Assembly (NCBI GenBank): GCA_963812085.1
Contig: CAWETL010000005.1
Coordinates: forward strand, 128,779-192,778
From: an uncultured Gemmatimonadales bacterium
GTDB lineage: Bacteria > Gemmatimonadota > Gemmatimonadetes > Gemmatimonadales > GWC2-71-9
Reading direction: 5' to 3'
Length of the DNA stretch: 64,000 nucleotides
The notes below the pieces were generated by a model. The model saw only the letters and a list, made by a program, of their open reading frames with translations, did no database searches and was not told where the DNA came from. The first letter of the stretch is position 1; the number at the start of each line of letters is the position of its first letter. The position numbers and the translations under genes were made by a program. Positions 46,958 through 54,463 of the stretch are shown one piece after another.

Positions 46958-47988
46958 GTCAACAATCCCTCGACGAGCTGGCTCGTATGCTCGACCAGCA
47001 CGATGATCTTGTCGTATGGCATCCGGGTCGGACCGAGGACCCCGATGACGCCGCGGAGGTCGCCGGCGCGGTAGGTGGCGGTGACGAGCGTGAACTCGTT
47101 CAGCCGCGGATCGACGTTTTCGCCGCCGATGGTGATGGTCAGCCCTTCCCCGCGGGTCTGCAGCGCCCCGCGCAGGAGATCCCGGCGCTGGGTCAGGTGG
47201 AGGAGGTCGCGCATCTTCGTGTTCGAGGCGAACTCGGGCTGCTCCGCGAGCAGCTCGGCCCCGCCGAGCGCCACGTCCTGTTCCGTGCGCGAGAGATCGA
47301 AGATCTCGTCCCGCTCGGCCAGGAAGATGTTCAGCAGCTCGTGGCTTTCCGGGCTCTCGCCGACGTCCCGGAGGCGGTCGGCCAGCGAGGCCCGGATTTC
47401 CGCCACGGTCAGGCCGGCCAGGCGCTCGTTCAGCACCTGCGCCACCCGGTCGAGCGCCGGCTTGGCGATCGCCCCGTGCACCTCGACGAAGACCGTCCTG
47501 ACCGCGCCGCTCCGCAGCGTGAGCACCATCAGGATCCGCTCGCTGGAGACCTGCACCAGTTCGAGCCGCTCGATCACCACGTGCTCGAAGGCGGGGGCGA
47601 CGGCCACGCCGAGTTCCTGGGTCAGCACGCCGAGGACCTGGGCCGTGCGCCGGAGCAGCTGGTCCATCGCGTTGCGCGAACCGGGCAACTCGGCTTCGAG
47701 CGTCTGCCGCGCGGCGTCGCTCGGCGGCGCCAGGTGCATCAGGCTGTCGACGTACACCCGGTAGGCAAGGTCGGTGGGGATGCGGCCCGCGGAGGTGTGG
47801 GGATGGTAAAGCATCCCCTTGTCCTCGAGCTCGCTCATGATGTTGCGGACGGTGGCCGGCGACACGCCCAGCCCGAAGCGCTGGGCGATCGTCCGGCTGC
47901 CCGCGGGCTCCGCCGTCTCGATGTAGGTCTGGATGACCGCTTCGAGGACGTGAAGTTCCCGGGTGGAGAGGTGCTCTGCGGCTGCCAT
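46954..47988 (-). CDS. hrcA: heat-inducible transcription repressor HrcA
   Basis: Starts at MAAAEHLSTRELHVLEAVIQTYIETAEPAGSRTIA...VSPATVRNIMSELEDKGMLYHPHTSAGRIPT (residue 141 of the ORF). Confidence 0.92.
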   Translation of the reverse strand: MAAAEHLSTRELHVLEAVIQTYIETAEPAGSRTIAQRFGLGVSPATVRNIMSELEDKGMLYHPHTSAGRIPTDLAYRVYVDSLMHLAPPSDAARQTLEAELPGSRNAMDQLLRRTAQVLGVLTQELGVAVAPAFEHVVIERLELVQVSSERILMVLTLRSGAVRTVFVEVHGAIAKPALDRVAQVLNERLAGLTVAEIRASLADRLRDVGESPESHELLNIFLAERDEIFDLSRTEQDVALGGAELLAEQPEFASNTKMRDLLHLTQRRDLLRGALQTRGEGLTITIGGENVDPRLNEFTLVTATYRAGDLRGVIGVLGPTRMPYDKIIVLVEHTSQLVEGLLT

Positions 47989-48002
47989 GGGGGTGAATCT
48001 AA

Positions 48003-49103
48003 TCAGGCTGCCTCTGCCACCAACGCGTCGAGGCGGAGCCAACCCTCGGCGGAGAGGCGCAGGAAGTCGCCCGACTCGGCTGCCCAGCCCGCGTCCCGCC
48101 AGCGCGCTCGCACCGCCGCCGGGATGAGCCCGACCGGGGCGCCCGCCGAGGTCCGGAGGCCAAGGTACAGGGCTTCGAGCCGGCGCTGGACCTCGTCCAG
48201 CCGCTCCCGGCCGGCCACGGGATCGTCTCCCCGCCCGACGGCGGCGTCCCAGGCGGCGTATTCCCGGATGTTCCACCAGCGTTCGCTGCCCGACGCGCTG
48301 TGCGCGGAGGGACCCAGCCCGAGGTACGGCGTGCCTTGCCAGTACCCGGTGTTGTGGCGGGCCCGGTGGCCGGGAAGGGCGGCGTTGGAGACTTCGTAGT
48401 GCTCCCATCCCCGCGAGGCCAGCGCCTCGCTCAGCTGCAGGAACTCCTCCGCGTACTGGGCCTCATCCACCGGCGCCGCACGGCCCGACGCGGTCCACCG
48501 GCCCAGGGGCGTGTGGGCCTCGACCGTGAGCCCGTAGCAGGACAGATGCTCCGGCTCGAGGGCAAACGCCTCCTCGAGGTCTTCCGCCCAGGCCCGCCCG
48601 AGGCCGGCCGGCAGCCCGTAGATGAGGTCGAGCGAGAGATCGGCGAACCCGGCCGACCGGAGGGTGCGCACCGCCGCACGCGCCTGATCGGCTGTGTGGG
48701 TGCGGTGCATCCATTCGAGCACCTGGGGCGAGAACGACTGCACACCAAGCGATACCCGGCCGATCCCCGCGGCGCGCCAGGCCTCGGCGGCTGCGGGCGT
48801 GACGTCGTCCGGATTGGCCTCCAGCGTGATCTCGGCCGCCGGGAGCACCTTCCGCTCCGCGCGGAGCCCGGCCAGGATGGTCCCGAGGGCCGCTGGCTCG
48901 AGATGCGACGGCGTCCCCCCGCCGAAATAGACGGTCTCCAATTCGGCGCTCTCCGCCCAGGCGCCGTGTGATTGCACGCCGCGCCACTCGCGCAGGACCG
49001 ACTCGGCGAATCGGGCGGAGGGAACGGTGCGCCGCACAGCGATCGAGAAGTCGCAGTAGCTGCACCGGCGGGCGCAGAACGGCACGTGGATGTAGAGGTT
49101 CAC
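48003..49103 (-). CDS. hemW: radical SAM family heme chaperone HemW (coproporphyrinogen III oxidase-like)
   Basis: VNLYIHVPFCARRCSYCDF (CxxxCxxC). A GTG at 49103 is preferred; the ATG at 49202 would overlap dprA by 60 nt. Confidence 0.88.
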   Translation of the reverse strand: MNLYIHVPFCARRCSYCDFSIAVRRTVPSARFAESVLREWRGVQSHGAWAESAELETVYFGGGTPSHLEPAALGTILAGLRAERKVLPAAEITLEANPDDVTPAAAEAWRAAGIGRVSLGVQSFSPQVLEWMHRTHTADQARAAVRTLRSAGFADLSLDLIYGLPAGLGRAWAEDLEEAFALEPEHLSCYGLTVEAHTPLGRWTASGRAAPVDEAQYAEEFLQLSEALASRGWEHYEVSNAALPGHRARHNTGYWQGTPYLGLGPSAHSASGSERWWNIREYAAWDAAVGRGDDPVAGRERLDEVQRRLEALYLGLRTSAGAPVGLIPAAVRARWRDAGWAAESGDFLRLSAEGWLRLDALVAEAA

Positions 49104-49140
49104 GGGGAGAAGGGTACTGCGGCCGCCCCCCCGCGCAACG

Positions 49141-50277
49141 TCAGGCGCGCAGGAAGCGCCGGCCAGGCTCCTGGCGGGCAACGCCGTGAAGCTCGAGGGC
49201 ACAGAGTGCGGCGAGGACGTCGGCCGCCGGCGCGCCGAGTACCTCGACCAGCGCGTCGAGGTGGCGCGGCATCCGGTCGAGGGAGCGGAGGAGCCGCTGC
49301 TCCAACGGCGTGAGGGGCGGCCCCGGCGGGAGGGCGACGGGATCGGGGGGAAGCGACGCCGCGCCGTGGCGCGCCAGCACCTCCGGAAACGCGGCCAGGA
49401 GGTCGGCTGCCTCGAGGAAGGGCGTGGCTCCGTCGCGGAGCAGCCGGTTGGTGCCGACCGAGGTCGGGCTGGTGACCGGACCCGGGACCACCATCACGTC
49501 ACGCCCCTGATTGAGCGCGGCATCCACCGTGATGAGCGTGCCGGAGCCGGCGGCGGCCTCGACGACGACGGTGACTCTCGCCAGCCCGCTGATTAGCCGG
49601 TTCCGGCGCTGGAAACTCCCCGCGTGCGGCCGGTGGCCGGGTGGAAACTCGGTCAGCAGCAGGCCCTCGCGCCGCATCCGCTCATACAGCATGCGATTGG
49701 CGGCTGGATAGATGACGCCGAATCCGTTCCCGAGCACGCCGATGGTGGCCGTGCCGGCGTCCAGGGCGGCCAGGTGCGCGACGGCGTCGAGTCCGCGCGC
49801 CATGCCGCTCACCACGGCGAGGCCTCCGAGCGCCGCCGCGGATACCACGAGGCGGCAGGCGTCGGCGCCATACGCCGAGTGGTCGCGGCTCCCCACGACG
49901 GCGACCGCCGGCCGGTCAAGCAGTTCCAGCGTTCCCATCGCGAAGAGCGCGGCCGGCGGCTCGGGGATGGTGGAGAGGATGCGCGGGTACGCGAGATCTC
50001 CCGGCAGGAGACACTGCCCGCCGTGGGACTCCACCTCGCGCAGCACCCGCTCCCCTTCCGACACCGAACTCCCCTTGATGGCGGTCGCGCAGGCGCGGGA
50101 AACTCCCGGCAAGGTGCACAAAAACTCAAACGGCGCCGCGAGGGCGCCGTAGGCTGTGGAGCAGGCCGAGAGGAGGATCCTCTGTCGGGCATGGCCGATT
50201 CCCGGGACGAGCGCGAGCGCCACCCGGGCCGCCCGCTCCTCGCCGGGCAATTCGTCCGCCGTCACTCGGCAGGCCAC
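49141..50277 (-). CDS. dprA: DNA-processing protein DprA (Smf)
   Basis: VAVVGSRDHSAYG, VVSGMARGLDAVAH, GVIYPAANRML, RRNRLISGL. Confidence 0.9.
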   Translation of the reverse strand: MACRVTADELPGEERAARVALALVPGIGHARQRILLSACSTAYGALAAPFEFLCTLPGVSRACATAIKGSSVSEGERVLREVESHGGQCLLPGDLAYPRILSTIPEPPAALFAMGTLELLDRPAVAVVGSRDHSAYGADACRLVVSAAALGGLAVVSGMARGLDAVAHLAALDAGTATIGVLGNGFGVIYPAANRMLYERMRREGLLLTEFPPGHRPHAGSFQRRNRLISGLARVTVVVEAAAGSGTLITVDAALNQGRDVMVVPGPVTSPTSVGTNRLLRDGATPFLEAADLLAAFPEVLARHGAASLPPDPVALPPGPPLTPLEQRLLRSLDRMPRHLDALVEVLGAPAADVLAALCALELHGVARQEPGRRFLRA

Positions 50278-51287
50278 TCCTCGTCGGCCGGCGGCGGCTC
50301 CTGCGCCCGTGCGTCCGCCACGAATCGGAAGAGGTACTCCTTCAGTTCCTCCAGTCCGCTGCCCGCCGCGCTGGAGATCGCGAGCTGGCGGTCCGCCTCG
50401 GGGGCGTCGAGCAGGGGCACCGTGTCCGCCTCCGGCAGGAGGTCGCGCTTGGTCAGGACCACCACGTGGGGCCGCGCCGCGAGTTCGGTGGAGTACTGCC
50501 GCACCTCACTCCGGAGCTTGTCGTACACCTGCTGGGGATTTTCGGCGTCGAGGGGCACCAGGAAGGCGAGGACGCGGGTGCGCTCCACGTGCTGGAGGAA
50601 CTTGAGCCCCAGGCCCTTCCCTTCGTGCGCCCCCTCGATGATGCCGGGGATGTCGGCCATCACGAACGTGCGGGACCCGGTGAGCTGGACCACGCCGAGG
50701 TTCGGCTCGAGCGTGGTGAACGGATAATCCGCAATCTTGGGGCGCGCGGCACTGAGTACCGAGAGCAGTGTGCTCTTGCCGGCGTTGGGTTCGCCCACGA
50801 GTCCGACGTCGGCGATCAACTTGAGGACGAGCTCGATGTCCCGCTCCTGGCCTTCCTCGCCCGGCTCCCATTCTCGCGGCGCCTGGTGCGTGGGCGTCGT
50901 GAAGCGCGCGTTGCCCCGGCCGCCCCGCCCGCCGCGTGCCACTCGCACGGTATCCCCGTCGTGGAGAATCTCCGCGATCAGCTCGCCGGTAGCGAGGTCC
51001 CGCACCACCGTGCCGGGTGGCACCGGCATGTAGACGTCGGCGGCGGTCGCGCCGGTCTTCGTCTTTCCCTTGCCGTGGTCGCCGCGCTCCGCCTTCCAGA
51101 TCGTGCGGTACCGGTAGTCGAGCAGCGTGGCGAGGTTGGCGTCGCCCCGGACGAAGATGTGTCCGCCGTGGCCGCCGTCGCCGCCGTCCGGTCCGCCCTT
51201 CGGCTTGAACTTGAAGCGCGCAAAGGACGAGGCCCCGGAGCCGCCGGTCCCCGCGATCACTTTCACTACCGCCCGATCGATGAACAT
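50262..51287 (-). CDS. obg: GTPase Obg/CgtA
   Basis: MFIDRAVVKVIAGTGGSGASSFARFKFKPKGGPDGGDGGHGGHIF, GEPNAGKSTLL, NKRD-type TKRD. Start fixed by frame and a TGATG overlap with the upstream stop. Confidence 0.96.
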   Translation of the reverse strand: MFIDRAVVKVIAGTGGSGASSFARFKFKPKGGPDGGDGGHGGHIFVRGDANLATLLDYRYRTIWKAERGDHGKGKTKTGATAADVYMPVPPGTVVRDLATGELIAEILHDGDTVRVARGGRGGRGNARFTTPTHQAPREWEPGEEGQERDIELVLKLIADVGLVGEPNAGKSTLLSVLSAARPKIADYPFTTLEPNLGVVQLTGSRTFVMADIPGIIEGAHEGKGLGLKFLQHVERTRVLAFLVPLDAENPQQVYDKLRSEVRQYSTELAARPHVVVLTKRDLLPEADTVPLLDAPEADRQLAISSAAGSGLEELKEYLFRFVADARAQEPPPADEEWPAE

Positions 51288-51931
51288 CAGTCCTCCGGAG
51301 CCCAACCAGCGCGCACCACCGACCACAGTTCCTTGACCGTCTTCCATTCCTCGTGGTTGAGGAGGGGAATCACCACTGCCAGCGTCGCGTCGACCTGCGC
51401 GAAGGTGGCCCCGCTGTGCAGGGCGCCCCGCAGGTGCGAGTGCAGTTGCCGGTTGGTGTGCAGCACGGCCGTCTGCACTACCGTGCAGAGTTCCCGCCGG
51501 AGTAAGTCGAGCCCGGGCCGGCCGAGGGTGCGGCCGTACCCCTCGACGAGCATCCACCGGTCCACCGCCGGGTGCAGGTCCCGGATGTTGAGCCGGAGCC
51601 GGGCGTAATTGCCGCCATACACCCGTGCGCAGGTTTGCTCTCCACGAGCTTCCCATTCCGGCAGGTTCCCATACTCCGAATCGGAATCCTCGACCGGGGC
51701 CGGGCGGCCGCTCACCTTGCGCCAGAGGCCGAACGCCACGATGGCGCGCGGATACCCGGCCATGAGGATGGACTGCAGCAGCAGCTCCTCCACCCACGCT
51801 GGAGCGACGCCCGCCTCGAGCGCTCCCGCAAAGGCCTGGCGCATGGCCGGCTCCTCGCCGACGGCCACCGCCGCGGCCAGGCGCACCAGCGCGAGCGTTT
51901 CCGTGTCCAGTGGCGTGGCGGGCTCGGACAT
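51287..51931 (-). CDS. carboxymuconolactone decarboxylase (AhpD-like) family protein
   Basis: Starts at MSEPATPLDTETLALVRLAAAVAVGEE (residue 202 of ORF 51287..52534). Helical CMD-like pattern (ELLLQSILMAGYPRAI). The family call is moderate. Confidence 0.65.
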   Translation of the reverse strand: MSEPATPLDTETLALVRLAAAVAVGEEPAMRQAFAGALEAGVAPAWVEELLLQSILMAGYPRAIVAFGLWRKVSGRPAPVEDSDSEYGNLPEWEARGEQTCARVYGGNYARLRLNIRDLHPAVDRWMLVEGYGRTLGRPGLDLLRRELCTVVQTAVLHTNRQLHSHLRGALHSGATFAQVDATLAVVIPLLNHEEWKTVKELWSVVRAGWAPED

Positions 51932-52983
51932 CACGATACTCCGGAACGGTTGGCGGGCGAGACGGATCGACCGCTCGGTGGCACATGAAAACGCAGCGTA
52001 CCTGCTGCGCGCATGACGCCGGTCTGGGCCCGCCGCGTGTTGTGAATGGCCGGCGTGGCGTAGCTCGACAGTGCCTCCAGCACGGGCGCGAGTGCACCGG
52101 CCGGATCGACCTGCGCGAGGACGCCGAGGAGGGCCACCTGGGAGCTGCGCATGTCGCCGTCGATCACCTTGAGCGCGACGCCGAGGCCGGCATGCGGCAG
52201 CGCGGCGCAGTAGACACCTTCGGCGCCGACCTTGGCCAGCACGGCTCCTCGCGACTCGCGAATGAGGTCGGTGCAGAGTCGGCGGGTGCCGCCGATCAGT
52301 TCCGGATGGGTCGCGATCGCCTCGCGCACCCGGATGGCGGCCGGCTCGAGACTCGCGCCGAGGCGGGCGTAGGCAAGCGCCATGTGCCGGAGCGGAAGCC
52401 CGAAGCAGACGGTGGTGCAGCCATCCACCGCCTGGACGATGTCTCCCTTGCCGAGCCCGGTCCAACGGGCCACTTCGGCGAGGATCCGCTCCTGCGCCGG
52501 ATGACCCGAGCGCTCGTATCCGGCGGTCGGCCACCCGTGGTGGCGCGCCAGGGCCAGCATGCCGGCGTGCTTCCCGGAGCAGTTGCTCCAGGCGGCGGTC
52601 AGCGTGGTGCCGGCGCGGAGCGCCGATTCGTGCACCGCGGGCGAAAGCGGCGTGTGCGGCCCGCAGGCCAGGTCCGACTCCCGGCAGCCGATGGCCGCCA
52701 GCATCCGGAGCGCCAGCGCGACGTGCATCGGCTCGCTCGAGTGTGACCCGCAGGCGAGCGCGATGGCGTCGGCGCCCAGCGCGAACCGGTCGGCCCCGCC
52801 GTCCGCCACCAGCGGCAGTGCCTGGAACGGCTTGGCCGCGGACCGCCAGAACGTGACGAGGTCGGGCTCGCCGGCCGACGCGACGAGTCGCCCCGCGGCG
52901 TCCACCACGGCGACCTCGACGGCGTGAACCGACTCGGTGAGCTCACCGCGGGTGACGTCGACGCGGAAGGGGGAGGTGGACAT
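51931..52983 (-). CDS. asparaginase II family protein
   Basis: Starts at MSTSPFRVDVTRGELTESVHAVEVAVVD (residue 100). Contains WRSAAKPFQALP, ACGSHSSEP and NCSGKHAGML, characteristic of the thermolabile asparaginase II family. Confidence 0.8.
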   Translation of the reverse strand: MSTSPFRVDVTRGELTESVHAVEVAVVDAAGRLVASAGEPDLVTFWRSAAKPFQALPLVADGGADRFALGADAIALACGSHSSEPMHVALALRMLAAIGCRESDLACGPHTPLSPAVHESALRAGTTLTAAWSNCSGKHAGMLALARHHGWPTAGYERSGHPAQERILAEVARWTGLGKGDIVQAVDGCTTVCFGLPLRHMALAYARLGASLEPAAIRVREAIATHPELIGGTRRLCTDLIRESRGAVLAKVGAEGVYCAALPHAGLGVALKVIDGDMRSSQVALLGVLAQVDPAGALAPVLEALSSYATPAIHNTRRAQTGVMRAAGTLRFHVPPSGRSVSPANRSGVS

Positions 52984-53100
52984 GGCGCACAAAGATAGCG
53001 GAACGCCCTCCCCACCGGGCTGCGCACGCCCCTTCCCCTTTGCCCATGCCGGACGCACGTTTCCCGGCGTGCCGTACTCCCACGAGCCCGAGGATCCGCC

Positions 53101-54141
53101 GTGCGTCCCATGACACCGCCGCCGCCGATGCCCCGCGACCGGGTGCTGAGCCTCATCGAACGGATGGCGAAGAGCCGGATCGTCGTGGTGGGCGACCTGA
53201 TCCTCGATCGCTACCTGATCGGCGACACCGACCGGCTCTCGCCCGAGGCGCCGGTGCCGGTCGTGACGGTGCGCGAGCACCGCTCCGCCCTGGGCGGCGC
53301 GGCCAACGTGGCGGCCAACGTGGCGGCGATGGGCGCCGCCTGCCAGCTGGTCGGCGTGGTGGGCGACGATCCGACCGGCCGAGCACTCCGGGCGGAGATG
53401 GCCACGCTCCGGCTCACGGATTCATTCGTGGCCACCGTCGCCGGGCGTCCCACGACCTCGAAGACCCGCGTGCTGGCCCGCGGCCAGCAGGTCGTGCGGA
53501 TCGATGAAGAGGTGGACCGGCTGCTCGAGGAGGCGGAACTCGCCCGCGTCGTGCGGCTGGCGGAGGAGGCCCTGGGCGATGCCGACGCACTGCTCCTCGA
53601 GGACTACAACAAGGGTCTCCTGGCCCCGGCGCTGATCAAGGCCGCGATGGCCGTGGCCCGCACCCGCGGCATCCCGGTCGTGGTGGACCCCAAGTTCAGG
53701 CAGTTCTTCGACTATGCCGGCGCCACGGTGTTCAAGCCCAACCGCCGGGAGATGGAGGCCGCCCTCGGCGCCGCCGTGGATCTCGAGCACCGGAACGCCC
53801 TGCCGGACGCGCTCAAGCGGCTCAAGGTGGACAACCTGCTGCTGACGCTGGGCGCGGAGGGGATGGTGCTGGTCACCCGGGACGGGGCGACGACGCACCT
53901 GCCCTCGCTGGCGCGCGAGGTGTACGATGTGTCGGGAGCCGGCGACACGGTGACCGCCTGGGTGGGGACCTGCCTCGCCGCGGGTGCGACGGTGCGCGAG
54001 GCAGCACAGCTGGCCAACATTGCGGCGGGCATCGAGGTCGGGAAGGCGGGGGTGGCGACGGTGTCACCAGAGGAGGTGCTCGCGATGCACGACGAGAAGT
54101 ACGACCAGATCGGGCGGCTCCGGCGGAGCGGGCTGATCTGA
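53101..54141 (+). CDS. hldA: D-glycero-beta-D-manno-heptose-7-phosphate kinase (RfaE domain I, PfkB family)
   Basis: RIVVVGDLILDRYLIGDTDRLSPEAPVPVV and GGAANVAANVAAMG match the HldE kinase-domain signature; C-terminal DVSGAGDTV. The start could be a later in-frame Met. Confidence 0.85.
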   Translation: MRPMTPPPPMPRDRVLSLIERMAKSRIVVVGDLILDRYLIGDTDRLSPEAPVPVVTVREHRSALGGAANVAANVAAMGAACQLVGVVGDDPTGRALRAEMATLRLTDSFVATVAGRPTTSKTRVLARGQQVVRIDEEVDRLLEEAELARVVRLAEEALGDADALLLEDYNKGLLAPALIKAAMAVARTRGIPVVVDPKFRQFFDYAGATVFKPNRREMEAALGAAVDLEHRNALPDALKRLKVDNLLLTLGAEGMVLVTRDGATTHLPSLAREVYDVSGAGDTVTAWVGTCLAAGATVREAAQLANIAAGIEVGKAGVATVSPEEVLAMHDEKYDQIGRLRRSGLI

Positions 54142-54148
54142 GGATCGA

Positions 54149-54238
54149 GATTGCTTCGTCGGCCCCGTTCGGGGCCTCCTCGCAATGACACTGTTGGTCA
54201 TTCTGTCATTGCGAGGCCTCGGAGAGGCCGAAGCAATC
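54149..54238. repeat. compound inverted repeat built from two REP-like elements
   Basis: Left arm GATTGCTTCG-[GGCCCC gttc GGGGCC hairpin]-CTCGCAATGACA. Right arm TGTCATTGCGAG-[GGCCTC gga GAGGCC hairpin]-CGAAGCAATC. The outer 10-nt and inner 12-nt blocks are perfect reverse complements. Confidence 0.75.
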
Positions 54239-54248
54239 TGCCCCGGGG

Positions 54249-54277
54249 TTGCCCGGCCCCGCCGGCCCCATTAGACT
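54249..54277 (+). promoter_or_regulatory. candidate sigma70-like promoter of tRNA-Val
   Basis: TTGCCC-17 nt-TAGACT, with the -10 hexamer ending 17 nt before the tRNA 5' end. The -10 hexamer is the same as in the infC promoter. Confidence 0.45.
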
Positions 54278-54294
54278 CCCGCTCCCGAAACACC

Positions 54295-54394
54295 GGGCGA
54301 TTAGCTCAGCTGGTTAGAGCGCGCGCCTCACATGCGCGAGGTCGGGGGGCGCCTCACATGCGCGAGGTCGGGGGTTCGAGCCCCTCATCGCCCA
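54295..54394 (+). tRNA. tRNA-Val (anticodon CAC) gene with an internal 26-nt tandem duplication (possibly a pseudo-tRNA)
   Basis: Deleting 54324-54349 or 54350-54375 (25/26 identical) gives a canonical 74-nt cloverleaf: GGGCGAT TA GCTC AGCTGGTTA GAGC G CGCGC CTCACAT GCGCG AGGTC GGGGG TTCGAGC CCCTC ATCGCCC A. The duplication is also visible in the ORF-track translations crossing it. Confidence 0.8.
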
Positions 54395-54406
54395 TTGAAT
54401 CACGAC

Positions 54407-54442
54407 AAACGGCTCCCCGACGAGTGGTCGGGGAGCCGTTTT
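54407..54442. terminator. bidirectional rho-independent terminator
   Basis: AAACGGCTCCCCGAC-gagtg-GTCGGGGAGCCGTTT followed by TG (plus strand), or TTTGTCGTG on the minus strand. Lies between tRNA-Val and the stop of the convergent eRF1-like gene. Confidence 0.8.
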
Positions 54443-54463
54443 GCGTATCGTGCAACGCGCGCC

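Noticed and set aside
47989-49300. CIRCE operator upstream of hrcA or hemW.
   Set aside because: I could not find TTAGCACTC or GAGTGCTAA half-sites by eye. The absence is noted in a finding, not called as a feature.
54324-54375. The 26-nt direct repeat in tRNA-Val, considered as attL/attR of an integrated element or as a mini-CRISPR.
   Set aside because: The two copies are directly adjacent with nothing between them. There is no integrase or cargo nearby, and only two copies with no spacers. It is reported as an internal duplication instead.
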